Notes: generated by a model from the sequence alone, not told the origin. A stretch of 64,000 nucleotides of DNA from Dehalococcoidia bacterium (GCA_030372995.1 JAUCPZ010000335.1:12537-76536); one strand, 5' to 3'; numbered from the stretch's first letter, positions 45,129 through 56,515 are shown. Made by a program: numbers and translations.

Positions 45129-45177
45129 ACCAGGGGCGCAGGCCTCTCCGCGCGAAGCAGTCCCTCGCTCCTACTGA

Positions 45178-46938
45178 CTAGCCGTGATCGTATTCGTGGG
45201 GGTACTTGGGCGCCCACACGGCGCTGGCCGTCGCCACATATGCGTTGTTCAGGTACTGGAGGAGCATGCGTTGTGCGTTGTAGTATGAACCGTTTATCGC
45301 TATGGCCCAGCGCATTACCCGGCAATACTCGTCCGGCTTTCCGTAGAACATTGGCAGAATAACCCGCTCCAGTTTGTCGTACAGGGAGGCAATCTCCTTG
45401 GCCTGATCACTCTCCGGTTCCCAACTGTCACCTATCGCCCAGCCGGTGATCCCCTCGATATGTCCTTCGATCCACCAACCATCCAGAACGCTCAAGCTTG
45501 GCACGCCGTTCAACGCAGCTTTCATCCCGCTGGTGCCAGAGGCCTCAAACGGCTTCTGCGGGGTATTAAGCCACAGATCCACACCAGAGCAGAGGTATTT
45601 TGCCAGCGTCATGTCGTACTCCTCGAGGTACACGACCCTCATTACGTCCTTGAGGGCAGCAGCGGCCTCGAAGATGCTTCGTATGAGGCGTTTGCCGCCA
45701 TCGTCGTGGGGGTGGGCCTTGCCACCATAGATCACCTGCAGCGGGCCAGCCTGACGTGCTATCCGTCTCAGGCGGTCCATATCGGAGAAAAGGAGGTCAG
45801 CCCTCTTGTAAGCTGTTGCCCGCCGCGCGAACCCGATAGTGAAGACCTCGGGGTCGAGGCGCAGGCCGGTACGTTTCTGGACCTCAGCGAACAGCACATT
45901 CTTGGCATGCCGGTGGGCGCGTCCTATTTCGTCGAGAGCAATGCTGACGGCATAGCGCAGGTACAGGTTGTCCCAGCGCCACTCGGGTATGTGCCGGTCG
46001 TAGACGTCTTTGAAGGATGGGGCTGTCCAATTGACCGCATGCACACCGTTGGTGATCGAGTTTATGGGGTAGTTTGGGAACATGCTGTGTGCGATCTCCT
46101 CGTGGTGCATGGAGACGCCGTTCACGTAGTGAGAGAAGGAGAGAGCGAGGTAGGTCATGTTCAGAATGCCGTCCAGGAAACAGCGGCACGATTGGAGGGT
46201 GGAGGAAAGCTCGTCACCGAGGACCCGGGTGACCATTGTTGCGGGGAAGCGGTCATGGCCGGCGGGCACAGGGGTGTGGGTGGTAAACACACACCGTCGC
46301 CTGACCGCATCGATGGTGGCCTCGGACAGTTCACGCAGGCTGTGCCCCTCCGACATTTCCTTTGCCAGCGCGATGGTCAGGAGGGCCGAATGCCCCTCAT
46401 TCATGTGGTAGACCTGGACATTGCGGTAACCGAGGGCGGATAGCATCGCGGCCCCGCCAAGGCCCAAGACGGCCTCTTGGCAAAGGCGGTAGTGATTGTC
46501 TCCGCCGTACAGGTAGTCGGTCAGCGTTTGATCCCAAACAGTGTTCTCGGGGAGGGCTGTGTCCAGGAAGTAGACCGGGACAGTGTGGCCGGAAATGCCA
46601 GTCAATTGGTATAGCCAAGCTCTGATTTGGACTGGTCGACCTTCTATCGTTACCGAGACGCGCTGGGGCATCGGCTGCAGCGATCTCTCCGGTGACCAGT
46701 CGGCTGGACTCTCAGTCTGCTGCCCCTTACTGTCCAGGTGCTGACGGAAGTACCCCTTCCGGTGCAGCAGCGTCATACCGATCATGGGGATACCGAGATC
46801 GGCGGCTGCCGAAAGAGTGTCTCCGGCAAGCATGCCGAGGCCGCCGGCGTATGTGGGCAAAGCGGGGTCAAGCCCAATCTCCATGCAGAAGTAGGCTATA
46901 GTGGAGCTTTCTTTCAGATGCTCAAGAGAAATGCCCAT
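45178..46938 (-). CDS. glgP: alpha-glucan phosphorylase (GT35, short GlgP type)
   Basis: [53 protein letters not shown]. Start chosen at MGISLEHL. Confidence 0.9.
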   Translation of the reverse strand: MGISLEHLKESSTIAYFCMEIGLDPALPTYAGGLGMLAGDTLSAAADLGIPMIGMTLLHRKGYFRQHLDSKGQQTESPADWSPERSLQPMPQRVSVTIEGRPVQIRAWLYQLTGISGHTVPVYFLDTALPENTVWDQTLTDYLYGGDNHYRLCQEAVLGLGGAAMLSALGYRNVQVYHMNEGHSALLTIALAKEMSEGHSLRELSEATIDAVRRRCVFTTHTPVPAGHDRFPATMVTRVLGDELSSTLQSCRCFLDGILNMTYLALSFSHYVNGVSMHHEEIAHSMFPNYPINSITNGVHAVNWTAPSFKDVYDRHIPEWRWDNLYLRYAVSIALDEIGRAHRHAKNVLFAEVQKRTGLRLDPEVFTIGFARRATAYKRADLLFSDMDRLRRIARQAGPLQVIYGGKAHPHDDGGKRLIRSIFEAAAALKDVMRVVYLEEYDMTLAKYLCSGVDLWLNTPQKPFEASGTSGMKAALNGVPSLSVLDGWWIEGHIEGITGWAIGDSWEPESDQAKEIASLYDKLERVILPMFYGKPDEYCRVMRWAIAINGSYYNAQRMLLQYLNNAYVATASAVWAPKYPHEYDHG

Positions 46939-47194
46939 CCTTCGCCTGTCTGTCTTTGTCGGTTGGAGCCTCTGAAAGAGACTTCGAGAGCCTCGTCGGC
47001 CAGCCGGGGAATGCCGGCGGAGGCAGGCCTTCGGAAGTGAATCCTGCAACCGCTTGGCTGCAATGCGCAGTCTAACGCTGCCAATCGGCACTGTCAACAA
47101 GTGCGGAGCTGGCGTTGACGCGGCTGGCCGTCGCTGGTGTAGCGGCGAGTAAGGTGATAATGGTAGTAAACATTATCCACTAGGGCAGAAGCAG

Positions 47195-47701
47195 GTGATG
47201 TCATCCCACGTCCAAGCGGGTTCATTCAGTATCGCGATAGTGGGCTTGGTGATAGCTGCCCTCGCCATCGGAATAGCGCTTGTTGTTGAAGGGCAGTCGA
47301 AGGCCAACCTAATCAAGGACTCGATGCGCGAAGAGCAGGTCAGTCTGGCAGCATTGGCGTTTGAAGGCGCAGATTCTGCGGACTTGATTGACTCGGCCGA
47401 GGAGGCTCAGAGGGCTGCTGATCTCGTGAAGGAGCACCGTCACAACATAGCGGCTACCTCCTCGGACTTGATGGCCGCTTCGGCCACTGGCAGGTACGAT
47501 CCGACGAACCTGAAGCATCTCTCGTATTCACAGGCGATCAATCTGGAGGACTACCTGTACGTGGGCGCTGCCAGCCTGGGCTTGACGACGGTTACCTCTG
47601 TCAGCGGCGTTGTGATGACAGTCACCGGGCTGGCCCCGGCGTTGGCGGGCTTTGCTCTGGCGCGATTCGCCAGGAAGGTGGCAGTTCCGGCCACGGCGTA
47701 G
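47195..47701 (+). CDS. hypothetical membrane protein (TM at each end)
   Basis: 168-aa ORF with no recognisable motif. Coding status rests on ORF length and the TM pattern only. Confidence 0.5.
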   Translation: MMSSHVQAGSFSIAIVGLVIAALAIGIALVVEGQSKANLIKDSMREEQVSLAALAFEGADSADLIDSAEEAQRAADLVKEHRHNIAATSSDLMAASATGRYDPTNLKHLSYSQAINLEDYLYVGAASLGLTTVTSVSGVVMTVTGLAPALAGFALARFARKVAVPATA

Positions 47702-47910
47702 GCCTTGCCTAAAGGTTTCGTTCTTGCCGAGAGCAGCCCTCCGCTGTCAATAACACTTGGCGGAGGGTGGCTGAGAAGGGGGGTCTTGCTGTGCGGCACG
47801 GGCAGCCGCCTCAGACTGAAGTCCGGCCCTGCGCCGCGGCATCCTGACACATGCGGACTCGGATGATTCGAGACGGCGAATGCCATAGCCTGCTTTCGAG
47901 GAAGACCGCC

Positions 47911-48213
47911 ATGAGAGTCCGCGTGGGTCGAAACCTGTGCCGGGGATTGAGGAACTGTGCGGTTGTGGCGCCCACGGTCTTCAAGATCGACGAGGCCAGC
48001 AGGGCAGCGGTCATTGCTGCCACCTCTCCGGATGAGAGTGCGCTATTCGGAGCTGTTGAGAGTTGTCTGGAGAATGCCATCATCCTTGAGGATGACGAGA
48101 GTAGACAAATCTACCCCTGGCCTGTCCAGAGACATCTCTCGTGGTCACGGCCTAATCCCGTCCCACTTCAGCCGCAATGCGTCTGGCTTCCTCCAGGTCG
48201 TTGGGTGTGTTGA
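47911..48213 (+). CDS. small ferredoxin-like protein (CxxxxxC...C; the CP motif is CL here) with a C-terminal extension
   Basis: MRVRVGRNLCRGLRNCAVVAPTVFKIDE....AVESCLENAIILED resembles single-cluster ferredoxins. The last ~60 nt overlap the convergent mobA. Confidence 0.5.
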   Translation: MRVRVGRNLCRGLRNCAVVAPTVFKIDEASRAAVIAATSPDESALFGAVESCLENAIILEDDESRQIYPWPVQRHLSWSRPNPVPLQPQCVWLPPGRWVC

Positions 48214-48763
48214 CGTTGAAGAAGCTCAGACGGCTGGGGTCAAATCTCTCGATCTCTGCCTCTTCAACATACCTAACCCTGACCTTGTCCAGCAACACCC
48301 TGATCTGCAGCTGGTTCCGCTCCAACTGCGTGTGAATCAAGGGCAGGCAATCCCTGGAGTAGACAGCGTGAAGGGGCTCTATGTCTCCTCGGACGCGGGG
48401 CATGACAATATCGAAGCGCCTTGACACGCTGAGAAGGTGATGCAGAAGAGCGGGGTTAAGGAAAGGCATGTCGGCTGCTGCGACCAGGCTGCGCTGGGAG
48501 TCCGAGGCCAAGAGCCCGGTGTAGATGCCGCCCAGCGCACCCTTTTCGGGATAGATGTCGTGTATGCATTCGACCTTGGTCTCCGTTACGTCGATTTCAG
48601 GGCACCCCTGACCTTGTGCAGTGACTATGAAGATGTGCCGGCTGACTGGAACAAGGCTGTCAATCACTCTCTGAAGCAACGAACGCCCTCCGACAGATTC
48701 CAGAAGCTTGTTCTTGCCCAGACGTCTTGACTTGCCGCCTGCCAGCACTATCGCTGCTGTCAT
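48152..48763 (-). CDS. mobA: molybdenum cofactor guanylyltransferase
   Basis: AIVLAGGKSRRLGKNKLL..GG..LL, MobA-like NTP-transferase pattern. Start chosen at MTAAIVLAGG. Confidence 0.85.
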   Translation of the reverse strand: MTAAIVLAGGKSRRLGKNKLLESVGGRSLLQRVIDSLVPVSRHIFIVTAQGQGCPEIDVTETKVECIHDIYPEKGALGGIYTGLLASDSQRSLVAAADMPFLNPALLHHLLSVSRRFDIVMPRVRGDIEPLHAVYSRDCLPLIHTQLERNQLQIRVLLDKVRVRYVEEAEIERFDPSRLSFFNVNTPNDLEEARRIAAEVGRD

Positions 48764-49214
48764 GTCATCCACCGATGCTGTGACTGTCTTCTTCAAACAG
48801 CCATTCTTACAGCTTCCATCATAGTCAACAAGCCACGGGTCGTTCAAGGCGCCGATCATTGCGGCCTGCGCCGGCTTGACAGCGGGACCGCGTTTCAGTT
48901 TTAGCGCGCCTCAGTGACAATCATGAGACATGGTCCACGGGCAGCCCCAGCCAAGGGACGTTGGCACTCATCGGTTTACATAATGGGGATGGACTGTCCC
49001 ATAAGTGTGTCACAACTGCGGAGGTGAAAATCGTGAGACGCAGTGTTCCTGCATTGAGACACGGATGTGAACTTTTTGTTGCAGACTAGCTGTTGTCTGT
49101 GGGAACTGTGTTCCTTGCGGCGGCAAGCTTGCGCGGGCCAGTACCGGGAGCGGTTGGACCCGCGCGGGCGGGGCGCGAACGCTGATGCCGACTGTGGCGA
49201 GAAAGACTTAGAAG

Positions 49215-51326
49215 ATGTCACTCCGCAGAAGAGGGATGATCATGACCCTCGTCGTCCTGGCGGCGGCCATTGTCGCTGCCCTGGCGCTGGCGCAGACCAT
49301 ACTGATGAGACGCTTTGACGAACTGGAGAAGAGGGAGACCCGCCAGAACGTCGACCGGGCCGTGAGCGCACTCTATAGTGACTTCTCCAAGGTCAACATT
49401 GCTTGGGGTGACCAACTGACGGCCAGCAAGGTGGTCTTCGAGGGCGACGAGACCTACCTGGCGCTCAGTATCGATGAGACGACATTCAACACCCTCGGAC
49501 TCAATTTTATCCTCTTTGTGCCGCCGGGCTTTGGCCCCATAGGCTATGGGTTTGACCTGGAGGAGGGGAAGGCGCTTCCCGTACCGCCGGATCTGGCCAG
49601 GGAGCTGCAGCCCGGGAAGCCGCTCATGCCATCGGCCGCAGGCCAAGCGGGCGTGACAGGTATCCTGATGCTTTCAGACGGGCCAATACTGGTCTCGACC
49701 TATCCCACGGTGATCTCACTCGGCAGCGATCCTCTTGAAGGCAGGCTTGTCTTTGCGCGGTACTTGGATGACGCCCATGTTGCTAGGCTGTCACAGGTAA
49801 CGCACCTGCCGCTGACTTTGTACCAGTTCGATGACCCTGCGGTGCCAGAAAAAGTCCGCACCATTGAGGCTACCAGCGGAAGCGATGGCCCCAACTACGT
49901 GAAGGCGTTGAGCTCGGACACAGTCGCCGGGTATGGCGTTCTTGAAGACGTATATGGCGAACCCGCGCTGGTGATGGAGGTGGACCTTCCCCGCGACATT
50001 CATCACCAAGGACAGGCTACGTTGCTGTACCTTATGTGCGGCATGGCCGCAGTGGCCACTGTGACCGGCGTGGTGGGGGGCTATGTAGTCCAGAGGTCTT
50101 TCCTGTTGCGCGCTTTGCGCTTAAGCAATGATGTGGTCAAGGTGCGCACAACAGGGGACCTGTCAAAGCGGGTCGAAGTGACCGGAAACGATGAAATAAC
50201 CACTCTGCAGATGTCCATCAATTCGATGCTGGCATCTCTGGAGAAGTCACAGAAGGAGTTGCGTGAGAGCGAGGCTCAGAACAGGGCTCTGGTGAAAGGA
50301 ATCCCTGACTACATGTTCCGCATAGCGATGGACGGCACGCTGCTCGAGGGTAGGTCGGCCAAAGGTGGCAACATGCTGGAGCCCTACCGACAATTACAGG
50401 GGAGGATGCTCTATCGCCCGTTGAAGAAGTATAGCGACCTGACTAGGGAGGTAATCACGAGGGGCCTGGATCATATGGATCTCGCCCTGAAGACGGGAGA
50501 AACGCAGATCTTCGAGTTCCCGTTGTCTGTTGATGGTCGGGAATACTTCTATGAAGTCAGGATGATGGCCAGCGAGAAGGAAGGGGAACTGCTCTGTGTT
50601 GTCTTTGACGTCAGCCAGCGACATGCCGAAGCTCAGAAGAAAGAGATACTTATCAAGGAAATCCATCACAGGGTTAAGAACAATCTCCAGGTCATTGCGA
50701 GCCTGCTCTACCTGCAATCGACACGGCTGGACGATGCCAAGATCATGCAAATGTTCGAAGAGAGTTCGAACAGGGTCAAGTCCATATCCCTCATACACGA
50801 GAAGCTATACAAGGACAGACTGCAGCCCCAGACCGACCAGGGAGAGGTGGACTTTGGGGCCTACGTGCGTGATCTGACGGATGCCTTGTTTATTTCTTAC
50901 GGCGTCGACCGCAGCGCCATTCGCCTGGTCTTAGATACCAGTCATACGTTCCTGAGCCTGGATGCGGCGGTGCCATGCGGACTCATAGTCAACGAACTAG
51001 TGTCGAATGCGCTCAAGTACGCCTTCCCGGGTGGACGGACTGGTGAGATTCGCATTGGTCTCTACGGGGATCCTGATGGCCGGGTGGCTCTCGTGGTGCG
51101 TGACAATGGCGTCGGCCTCCCGCCTGATACAGACCTGGAGCATTCATCCTCTCTGGGTCTGCGGCTGGTGAAGATGCTGGCGCAGCAATTGGGTGCCGAG
51201 GTACACATAGACGGAAGCAAGGGTGCGGAGTTCAAATTCATCTTCTTCGATGGCAAGAAGAAGGAACAAACGCTAAACACATCGCAACCGAGGCAGTCTG
51301 CCAGCGCCGAGGTTGGGGGAGGGTAG
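49215..51326 (+). CDS. sensor histidine kinase (TM - extracytoplasmic sensor, CHASE4-like tentative - TM - HAMP - PAS - HisKA_2 - HATPase)
   Basis: 703 aa. H-box IHHRVKNNLQVIASLL. ATPase region NELVSNALKYAFP..DNGVGLP..GLRLV. Confidence 0.88.
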   Translation: MSLRRRGMIMTLVVLAAAIVAALALAQTILMRRFDELEKRETRQNVDRAVSALYSDFSKVNIAWGDQLTASKVVFEGDETYLALSIDETTFNTLGLNFILFVPPGFGPIGYGFDLEEGKALPVPPDLARELQPGKPLMPSAAGQAGVTGILMLSDGPILVSTYPTVISLGSDPLEGRLVFARYLDDAHVARLSQVTHLPLTLYQFDDPAVPEKVRTIEATSGSDGPNYVKALSSDTVAGYGVLEDVYGEPALVMEVDLPRDIHHQGQATLLYLMCGMAAVATVTGVVGGYVVQRSFLLRALRLSNDVVKVRTTGDLSKRVEVTGNDEITTLQMSINSMLASLEKSQKELRESEAQNRALVKGIPDYMFRIAMDGTLLEGRSAKGGNMLEPYRQLQGRMLYRPLKKYSDLTREVITRGLDHMDLALKTGETQIFEFPLSVDGREYFYEVRMMASEKEGELLCVVFDVSQRHAEAQKKEILIKEIHHRVKNNLQVIASLLYLQSTRLDDAKIMQMFEESSNRVKSISLIHEKLYKDRLQPQTDQGEVDFGAYVRDLTDALFISYGVDRSAIRLVLDTSHTFLSLDAAVPCGLIVNELVSNALKYAFPGGRTGEIRIGLYGDPDGRVALVVRDNGVGLPPDTDLEHSSSLGLRLVKMLAQQLGAEVHIDGSKGAEFKFIFFDGKKKEQTLNTSQPRQSASAEVGGG

Positions 51327-51331
51327 CACAA

Positions 51332-52783
51332 ATGGTGGAAAAGGCACGAATCATGGTGGTCGAGGACGAGGCGGTGATCTCGCTTGAGATTCAGGAGCGC
51401 CTGACCAAGATGGGGCATTCGATATGCGGCACGGCCGCCAGCGGCGAGGAGGCCGTGGCTATTGCGACGGCCAAGCGCCCCGATCTCATCCTGATGGATG
51501 TTCAGTTGCGGGGAGACCAGGACGGTGTAGACACAGCACAGCAAATCCGCGACCAGATCGAAATCCCGGTGATTTATCTGACCGCTTTCGCTGACGACCG
51601 GACTGTTGAGCGGGCGAGGCTGACTGAGCCTTTTGGGTATCTGATAAAGCCCTTCTCGGAGAAGGAGTTGTATGCTGCCATCGAGACTGCTCTCTACAAG
51701 CACTCCATGGAGGCCAAACTGCGGGAGAGCGAGCGGCGCTATGCTGCCACGGTAAGATGCATAGCTGACTGCGTCATCGTCACTGACACAGAGATGAACA
51801 TAACGCTGATGAATCCTGCCGCCCAAGGTGTCACCGGCTGGGGGCAAGCGGAGGCGGTGGGCAAGAAGGTCGACGAAGTCTTCAAGATCGTGGATGAAAA
51901 GGAGCTCACTCCTGTTGAGAGTCCCCTGGTGGAGACGATCCGGCGGAGGGTCGTAACCAACCTCGCTACACCGGTGCTCTTGATAACCAAGAACGGGGAG
52001 AAGATCCCGGTTGAGGACAGTGCCGCGCCGATGATCGATGACAGGGGCGAGCTTACCGGAGCCGTGCTGGTGTTCCGTGACATCACTGAGCGCAGGAACG
52101 CCGAGGCGGCCATAAAGACGGCCTTTGACTCGCTTGAGGAGAGGGTTCAGGAACAGACCGCCGAGCTCAGGACCAGCTTCGAGAAATTGGGACGGGCGAT
52201 GGAAGGTACTATTCAGGCGCTGGCTACCATGGTGGAGGCGAGGGACCGCTATACCGCTGGCCACCAAGTTCGCGTCGCTGATCTCGCCTGCAGCATCGCC
52301 AGACAGATGGGCGTCATTGAATCGCGACTTCCCATTATCCGCATCGCAGGGCTCATTCACGACGTGGGCAAGGTTTGTGTCCCTACGGAGATCCTCAACA
52401 AGCCGGCACCACTGTCGCAGATTGAGTTCGAGATCGTGAAACAGCATCCTAAGGCTGCCTTCGATGTCCTAGAAAAGATCGAATTCCCGTGGCCGGTAGC
52501 CGAAATCGTTCTTCAGCACCACGAGCGGTACGATGGCTCAGGCTATCCCTCCGGTTTGCGCGGTGACCAGATATTCCTGGAGGCGAGGATTCTAGGGGTA
52601 GCGGACGTGGTGGAAGCGATGTCCTCGCACCGACCTTACCGGGCGGCCCTTGGGATCGAGAGAGGCCTCGAGGAGATCATCAAGGGCAGAGGAACGCAAT
52701 ACGATCCCGACGTGGTCGATGCCTGCGTGCGGGTATTCCGCGAAGAGGGTTTCAAATTCAAAGAGGTTCAGGTTTCCACTTGA
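51332..52783 (+). CDS. response regulator: REC - PAS - HD-GYP (c-di-GMP phosphodiesterase type)
   Basis: REC (IMVVEDE..DLILMDV..KPF). HD-GYP (HDVGKV....HHERYDGSGYPSGL). Starts 5 nt after the kinase gene. Confidence 0.9.
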   Translation: MVEKARIMVVEDEAVISLEIQERLTKMGHSICGTAASGEEAVAIATAKRPDLILMDVQLRGDQDGVDTAQQIRDQIEIPVIYLTAFADDRTVERARLTEPFGYLIKPFSEKELYAAIETALYKHSMEAKLRESERRYAATVRCIADCVIVTDTEMNITLMNPAAQGVTGWGQAEAVGKKVDEVFKIVDEKELTPVESPLVETIRRRVVTNLATPVLLITKNGEKIPVEDSAAPMIDDRGELTGAVLVFRDITERRNAEAAIKTAFDSLEERVQEQTAELRTSFEKLGRAMEGTIQALATMVEARDRYTAGHQVRVADLACSIARQMGVIESRLPIIRIAGLIHDVGKVCVPTEILNKPAPLSQIEFEIVKQHPKAAFDVLEKIEFPWPVAEIVLQHHERYDGSGYPSGLRGDQIFLEARILGVADVVEAMSSHRPYRAALGIERGLEEIIKGRGTQYDPDVVDACVRVFREEGFKFKEVQVST

Positions 52784-53677
52784 TGGGGGAACAGGGCGAT
52801 CATCAGCGCTGTCTTCCTGGATTGACCCTCGGCGCCGCCTGAAGCCGCAGCGGGCACTATTTGATCGTGGGTCTTATCCTTTCCTTCACCCTCCTTTCTG
52901 CCAGGTGATCCGGTGATCTCAGCCCCGAGACGAATCCCTCATTGTTCATCATCCGATGTCATGTTGTCCCGGCTTCGTCGCGGAGATCCACGGTGTCCTG
53001 GCAGTCACTGACCGGATGAGTTGTCGACCAGCATCCCGATGCGCTGCGGGTTCAATGGTGGGTGTGGGGTTACTCCGGCCCCTTAGGTGTCACTAATCCC
53101 TGTTGCCACTTGTTTCTGGTGCGGCATGAGACAAACGGCGTTTGAATCAGATGCCGCTAGCCCGGCTCAGGCCAATTGTCGGGTGGGGCAACAATAATGC
53201 ACAAAGCAAAGGGGAGTTCTCAGGCCTGCGCAACTTGCCCGCGTGCAGATATAGGGTGGCGGTCTGGGGTCAGTCTTTTGGCGAGGAATGGGGAAGGAGG
53301 TCTCTGGTGACTTGGTCAGGGTCACTCATGCGCTTCGGAATGGCTCAGCCCGAAATATATTAAGTTGGTCCTCCTCCCCATCCCTCCCCTGGGGGGTGTG
53401 ACGATGGGATCGTCACTGTGTAGTGTACCCTTGCCGACTCACCACTGTGTCTCTGCAGGCACCACAGATATCACCATCGCCTCTCCTAGACGCACCAAGA
53501 AGTCACAGAAGAATCACAGTGAGCACAACGCTCCTCGATGGCCCGCACAGACGGACTGCGGTGCGGACTGCGCCGCCAGGCGCTGGGTGGCACTAGTGTC
53601 TCGCTTGTGGCTCGGGTCCTACGTCCGAATGCGGGTGTCGTTGGGGGGAGGAAGAACGGGAGGAAAGATCTGTATGT

Positions 53678-54406
53678 CTACTTGGCAAACTCCTTGAAGC
53701 GGTAGCCCAGGCCCCGCTCGCTGAGTATGTACTTCGGGTTCTTCGGGTCCTTCTCTATCTTCTGCCTCAGGTACGTGATATAGAGCCGGACGTATTGGTC
53801 CTCGTCACGGTACTCCGCCCCCCACACGCGGGAAAGGAGCATCTCGTGTGTCAACAGCTTGCCGGCGTTGGTCACAAGCTGATAGAGGAGCCGGTACTCG
53901 GTCGGCCTGAGACGCACTTCGCGCCCCCGCACGATCACTTTGCGCTGGTCAAAGTTGATGCGCAGTTCGTCGTCCACTACAATCTCCGCGCCGGAGACTG
54001 CGGCTGGCTCTGTACGGCGCAGCACTGCCCGGATGCGCGAGGCGAGCTCCCTCGGGCTGAACGGCTTGGTGATGTAGTCGTCGGCACCCAAATCAAGGCC
54101 TTTGATGCGGTCCACCTCCTCGTTCTTGGCAGTCAGGAAGATGACTGGAACTGATGAAGTTTCCCGCAGCCCTTCCAGAGTCTCGAAGCCGTCCATCTCC
54201 GGCATCATGATATCAAGCAGCACCAGGTCGGGGTGCTCTTTGCTTACCTTCTCCAACGCCTCAGGGCCGCTGGCTGCCCTGACGACCCGGAAGCCCTCGA
54301 GCTCCAGGTTCATGGCTATGAACTCCACCATGCGCGGCTCGTCGTCGACCACAAGCACGGTCTTACCGGTGAATGCTGAACCCACGTTACTCCTCTGCGT
54401 CTTCAT
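53678..54406 (-). CDS. OmpR/PhoB-family response regulator
   Basis: REC ([20 protein letters not shown]) plus a winged helix ([28 protein letters not shown]). Confidence 0.93.
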   Translation of the reverse strand: MKTQRSNVGSAFTGKTVLVVDDEPRMVEFIAMNLELEGFRVVRAASGPEALEKVSKEHPDLVLLDIMMPEMDGFETLEGLRETSSVPVIFLTAKNEEVDRIKGLDLGADDYITKPFSPRELASRIRAVLRRTEPAAVSGAEIVVDDELRINFDQRKVIVRGREVRLRPTEYRLLYQLVTNAGKLLTHEMLLSRVWGAEYRDEDQYVRLYITYLRQKIEKDPKNPKYILSERGLGYRFKEFAK

Positions 54407-55950
54407 CTTTCCTTGCTCAAAGGCAGAGTCAATCTGAATTTCGATCCCTTGCCGACTTCACTGGTGACATCTATCTTTCCTCCGTGTGCTTCAACAATGG
54501 ACTTGCAGATGAACAGACCCAATCCCATCCCCCTTACCTTCTGCACCTGGCCGTTCTCCCCGCGGTGGAAACGCTCGAAGACGCGCTCCAGTTCCCGCCG
54601 CGGTATGCCAATGCCTTCGTCGGCCACCGTAACCTCCACACTGTCTCCCTTGACCCTCCCGGTGACCGCGATCTTGCCGCCCTTCGGCGAGTACTTGATC
54701 GCATTGTCGACCAAATTGGTCAGCACCTCTTCTATGCGGTCTGGGTCAGCATGAACTTCCGGGAAGTCCGCGGGAAAGTCTACTTCAAAGGTGTGAATGC
54801 CTGTTACCGACTCCAGCCTCCTGACCACCTTGTCTGCCATGATCGACAACTGGATTGGCTCCTTTTTGAGGGTCACCGTGCGGCTCTCGATGCGCGATGC
54901 CAACAGGAGCCTGTTCACCAACTTGCTCAGTCGGTCACATTCCTCTTCGATTACCTGGAGTCCTTCGCGCAGCGTCTTCTTATTCCATTTAGCGTCGCTC
55001 CGGGCTAGAGTGTTGGTGTACCCTTTGATGATTGCCAGGGGGGTCTGCAGTTCGTGTCCCAGCATGGAGAGAAAGGCTGATCTCAGGTTCTCGACCTCGC
55101 GCAAACGCCTTATGTCGCGGACGTTCATCACGGCGCCATGCGCCCGGCCGGTGGCCCGGGACCGCGTCACGGAGTAGACCATGGCGACTTCGATGTCCTG
55201 CCCATCCACCGACTGGATTCTGCCCTGGAGTTCACAGGTTGACGATTCACCGTTCGGACGGGTCACCATGGGGCACCGCGTGGAGTTGCAGATCGATATG
55301 CCGTGCCAGTCACGGAAATGCAGAACCTGGTAGCAGGGCTGGCCGATCACCTTGTCGCGCCGGTGCCCCGTCATCTTCTCCATGGCAGCGTTGAACCCGA
55401 CGATGCGGCGGCGGCTGTCGATGCTCATAATGCCTTCGGCGCTGCCTTCGAGCATGGACTCGATCTTCTTCTTTTCGTTCAGAAGATCATGTATCAGCCT
55501 GGCATTGTCCAGCGCGACTGCTGCCTGATGGGCGAAAGCGTTCAGTGCGGACTGTTCGTTTCCCGAGAAGGACGCCGCGCCACGGGGACGCAGGACATAG
55601 ATCAATCCCACTGACCGGCGGCCCACCTGTAATGGCAGGGCGACTATCGGGTCGAGAGTCTGGCCCTGGGCTGACTTGGGGAGCGGCGGTTCGAGAAGAG
55701 CGGACAGGACGTTGAAACTCCGGGAACTCAAAGCTAGGTCGGGTATCGCCTCATTGAGAAGAGGGTAGAGTTGTTCGAGCGCCTTGTCATCCAGTCCGTA
55801 AGAGTCGCTGGCAACGAAGCGGTGTTCCTCCTCATCCCACGTAGCCACCACTCCCGCGCTGCCACCGAGCGCTTCAATGGCGTTCCTCAGTATCGCATTC
55901 AATGTGGCATGCAGGTCGGCGTCCTGCGGGATACCGTCTGGTGGGTTCAT
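54403..55950 (-). CDS. soluble sensor histidine kinase (GAF - PAS - HisKA - HATPase)
   Basis: H-box [15 protein letters not shown] boxes ([30 protein letters not shown]). No TM helices. ATGA overlap with the regulator gene. Confidence 0.92.
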   Translation of the reverse strand: MNPPDGIPQDADLHATLNAILRNAIEALGGSAGVVATWDEEEHRFVASDSYGLDDKALEQLYPLLNEAIPDLALSSRSFNVLSALLEPPLPKSAQGQTLDPIVALPLQVGRRSVGLIYVLRPRGAASFSGNEQSALNAFAHQAAVALDNARLIHDLLNEKKKIESMLEGSAEGIMSIDSRRRIVGFNAAMEKMTGHRRDKVIGQPCYQVLHFRDWHGISICNSTRCPMVTRPNGESSTCELQGRIQSVDGQDIEVAMVYSVTRSRATGRAHGAVMNVRDIRRLREVENLRSAFLSMLGHELQTPLAIIKGYTNTLARSDAKWNKKTLREGLQVIEEECDRLSKLVNRLLLASRIESRTVTLKKEPIQLSIMADKVVRRLESVTGIHTFEVDFPADFPEVHADPDRIEEVLTNLVDNAIKYSPKGGKIAVTGRVKGDSVEVTVADEGIGIPRRELERVFERFHRGENGQVQKVRGMGLGLFICKSIVEAHGGKIDVTSEVGKGSKFRLTLPLSKER

Positions 55951-55991
55951 AGCACAATCACTGTCATTCAGACGCTCGCATGCTCGGGCGG

Positions 55992-56031
55992 TTCTAACGC
56001 ACTTCTAACAGTCCTCTAGCGGTATTCTAAC
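55992..56031. promoter_or_regulatory. four 11-bp-phased heptamer repeats, TTCTAAC (55992), TTCTAAC (56003), cTCTAgC (56014), TTCTAAC (56025); candidate response-regulator operator
   Basis: Read directly. Located 42-81 bp upstream of the kinase/regulator operon start (55950, minus strand) and about 160-200 bp upstream of groES. Confidence 0.45.
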
Positions 56032-56189
56032 ACAGGCTTCTCTATACTCGTAATTGTGCTGTCACCCGCGTATTCGCGCTGGCGCCCGTAGCCGAACGCG
56101 TTGCGAGTCCAAGGGGATGACGCCAATTCCAAACCGAACGAACCACAGCTAAGAACGATCAAGGTACAACGCTAGGGAAGGAGGAATGC

Positions 56190-56498
56190 ATGGCAACCAA
56201 GGCAAAAACCAGCAAGCTGGATCCGCTTGGAGACCGGGTGGTCATCAAGCCATCCAAGCGGGAGGAAGTGTCCAAGGGCGGGATAGTCCTGCCGGACACG
56301 GCCAAAGAGAAACCCCAGGAGGGGGAGGTCGTCGCTGTCGGGCCGGGTAGGATGACCGACGATGGGAAGAGGATTGCTATGGATGTGAAGGTGGGAGACA
56401 TCGTCGTCTATGCCAAGTACGCCGGTACCGAGCTCAAGATCGATGACGAAGAGCTGATCGTCGTTCGCGAGAGCGACATTCTGGCGAAGAAGAGCTAG
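56190..56498 (+). CDS. groES: co-chaperonin GroES
   Basis: [42 protein letters not shown] ggaaggagg. Confidence 0.97.
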   Translation: MATKAKTSKLDPLGDRVVIKPSKREEVSKGGIVLPDTAKEKPQEGEVVAVGPGRMTDDGKRIAMDVKVGDIVVYAKYAGTELKIDDEELIVVRESDILAKKS

Positions 56499-56515
56499 GG
56501 AAGGAGGAGTAGAAC

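Noticed and set aside
51062-52447. 461-aa minus-strand ORF
   Set aside because: It is antisense to the histidine kinase 3' end and the REC-PAS-HD-GYP gene, both of which have clear motifs.
55951-56189. CIRCE (HrcA) operator upstream of groES
   Set aside because: No TTAGCACTC-N9-GAGTGCTAA or close variant is present. Only an unrelated 8-bp palindrome (aacgcgtt) and the TTCTAAC repeats were seen.
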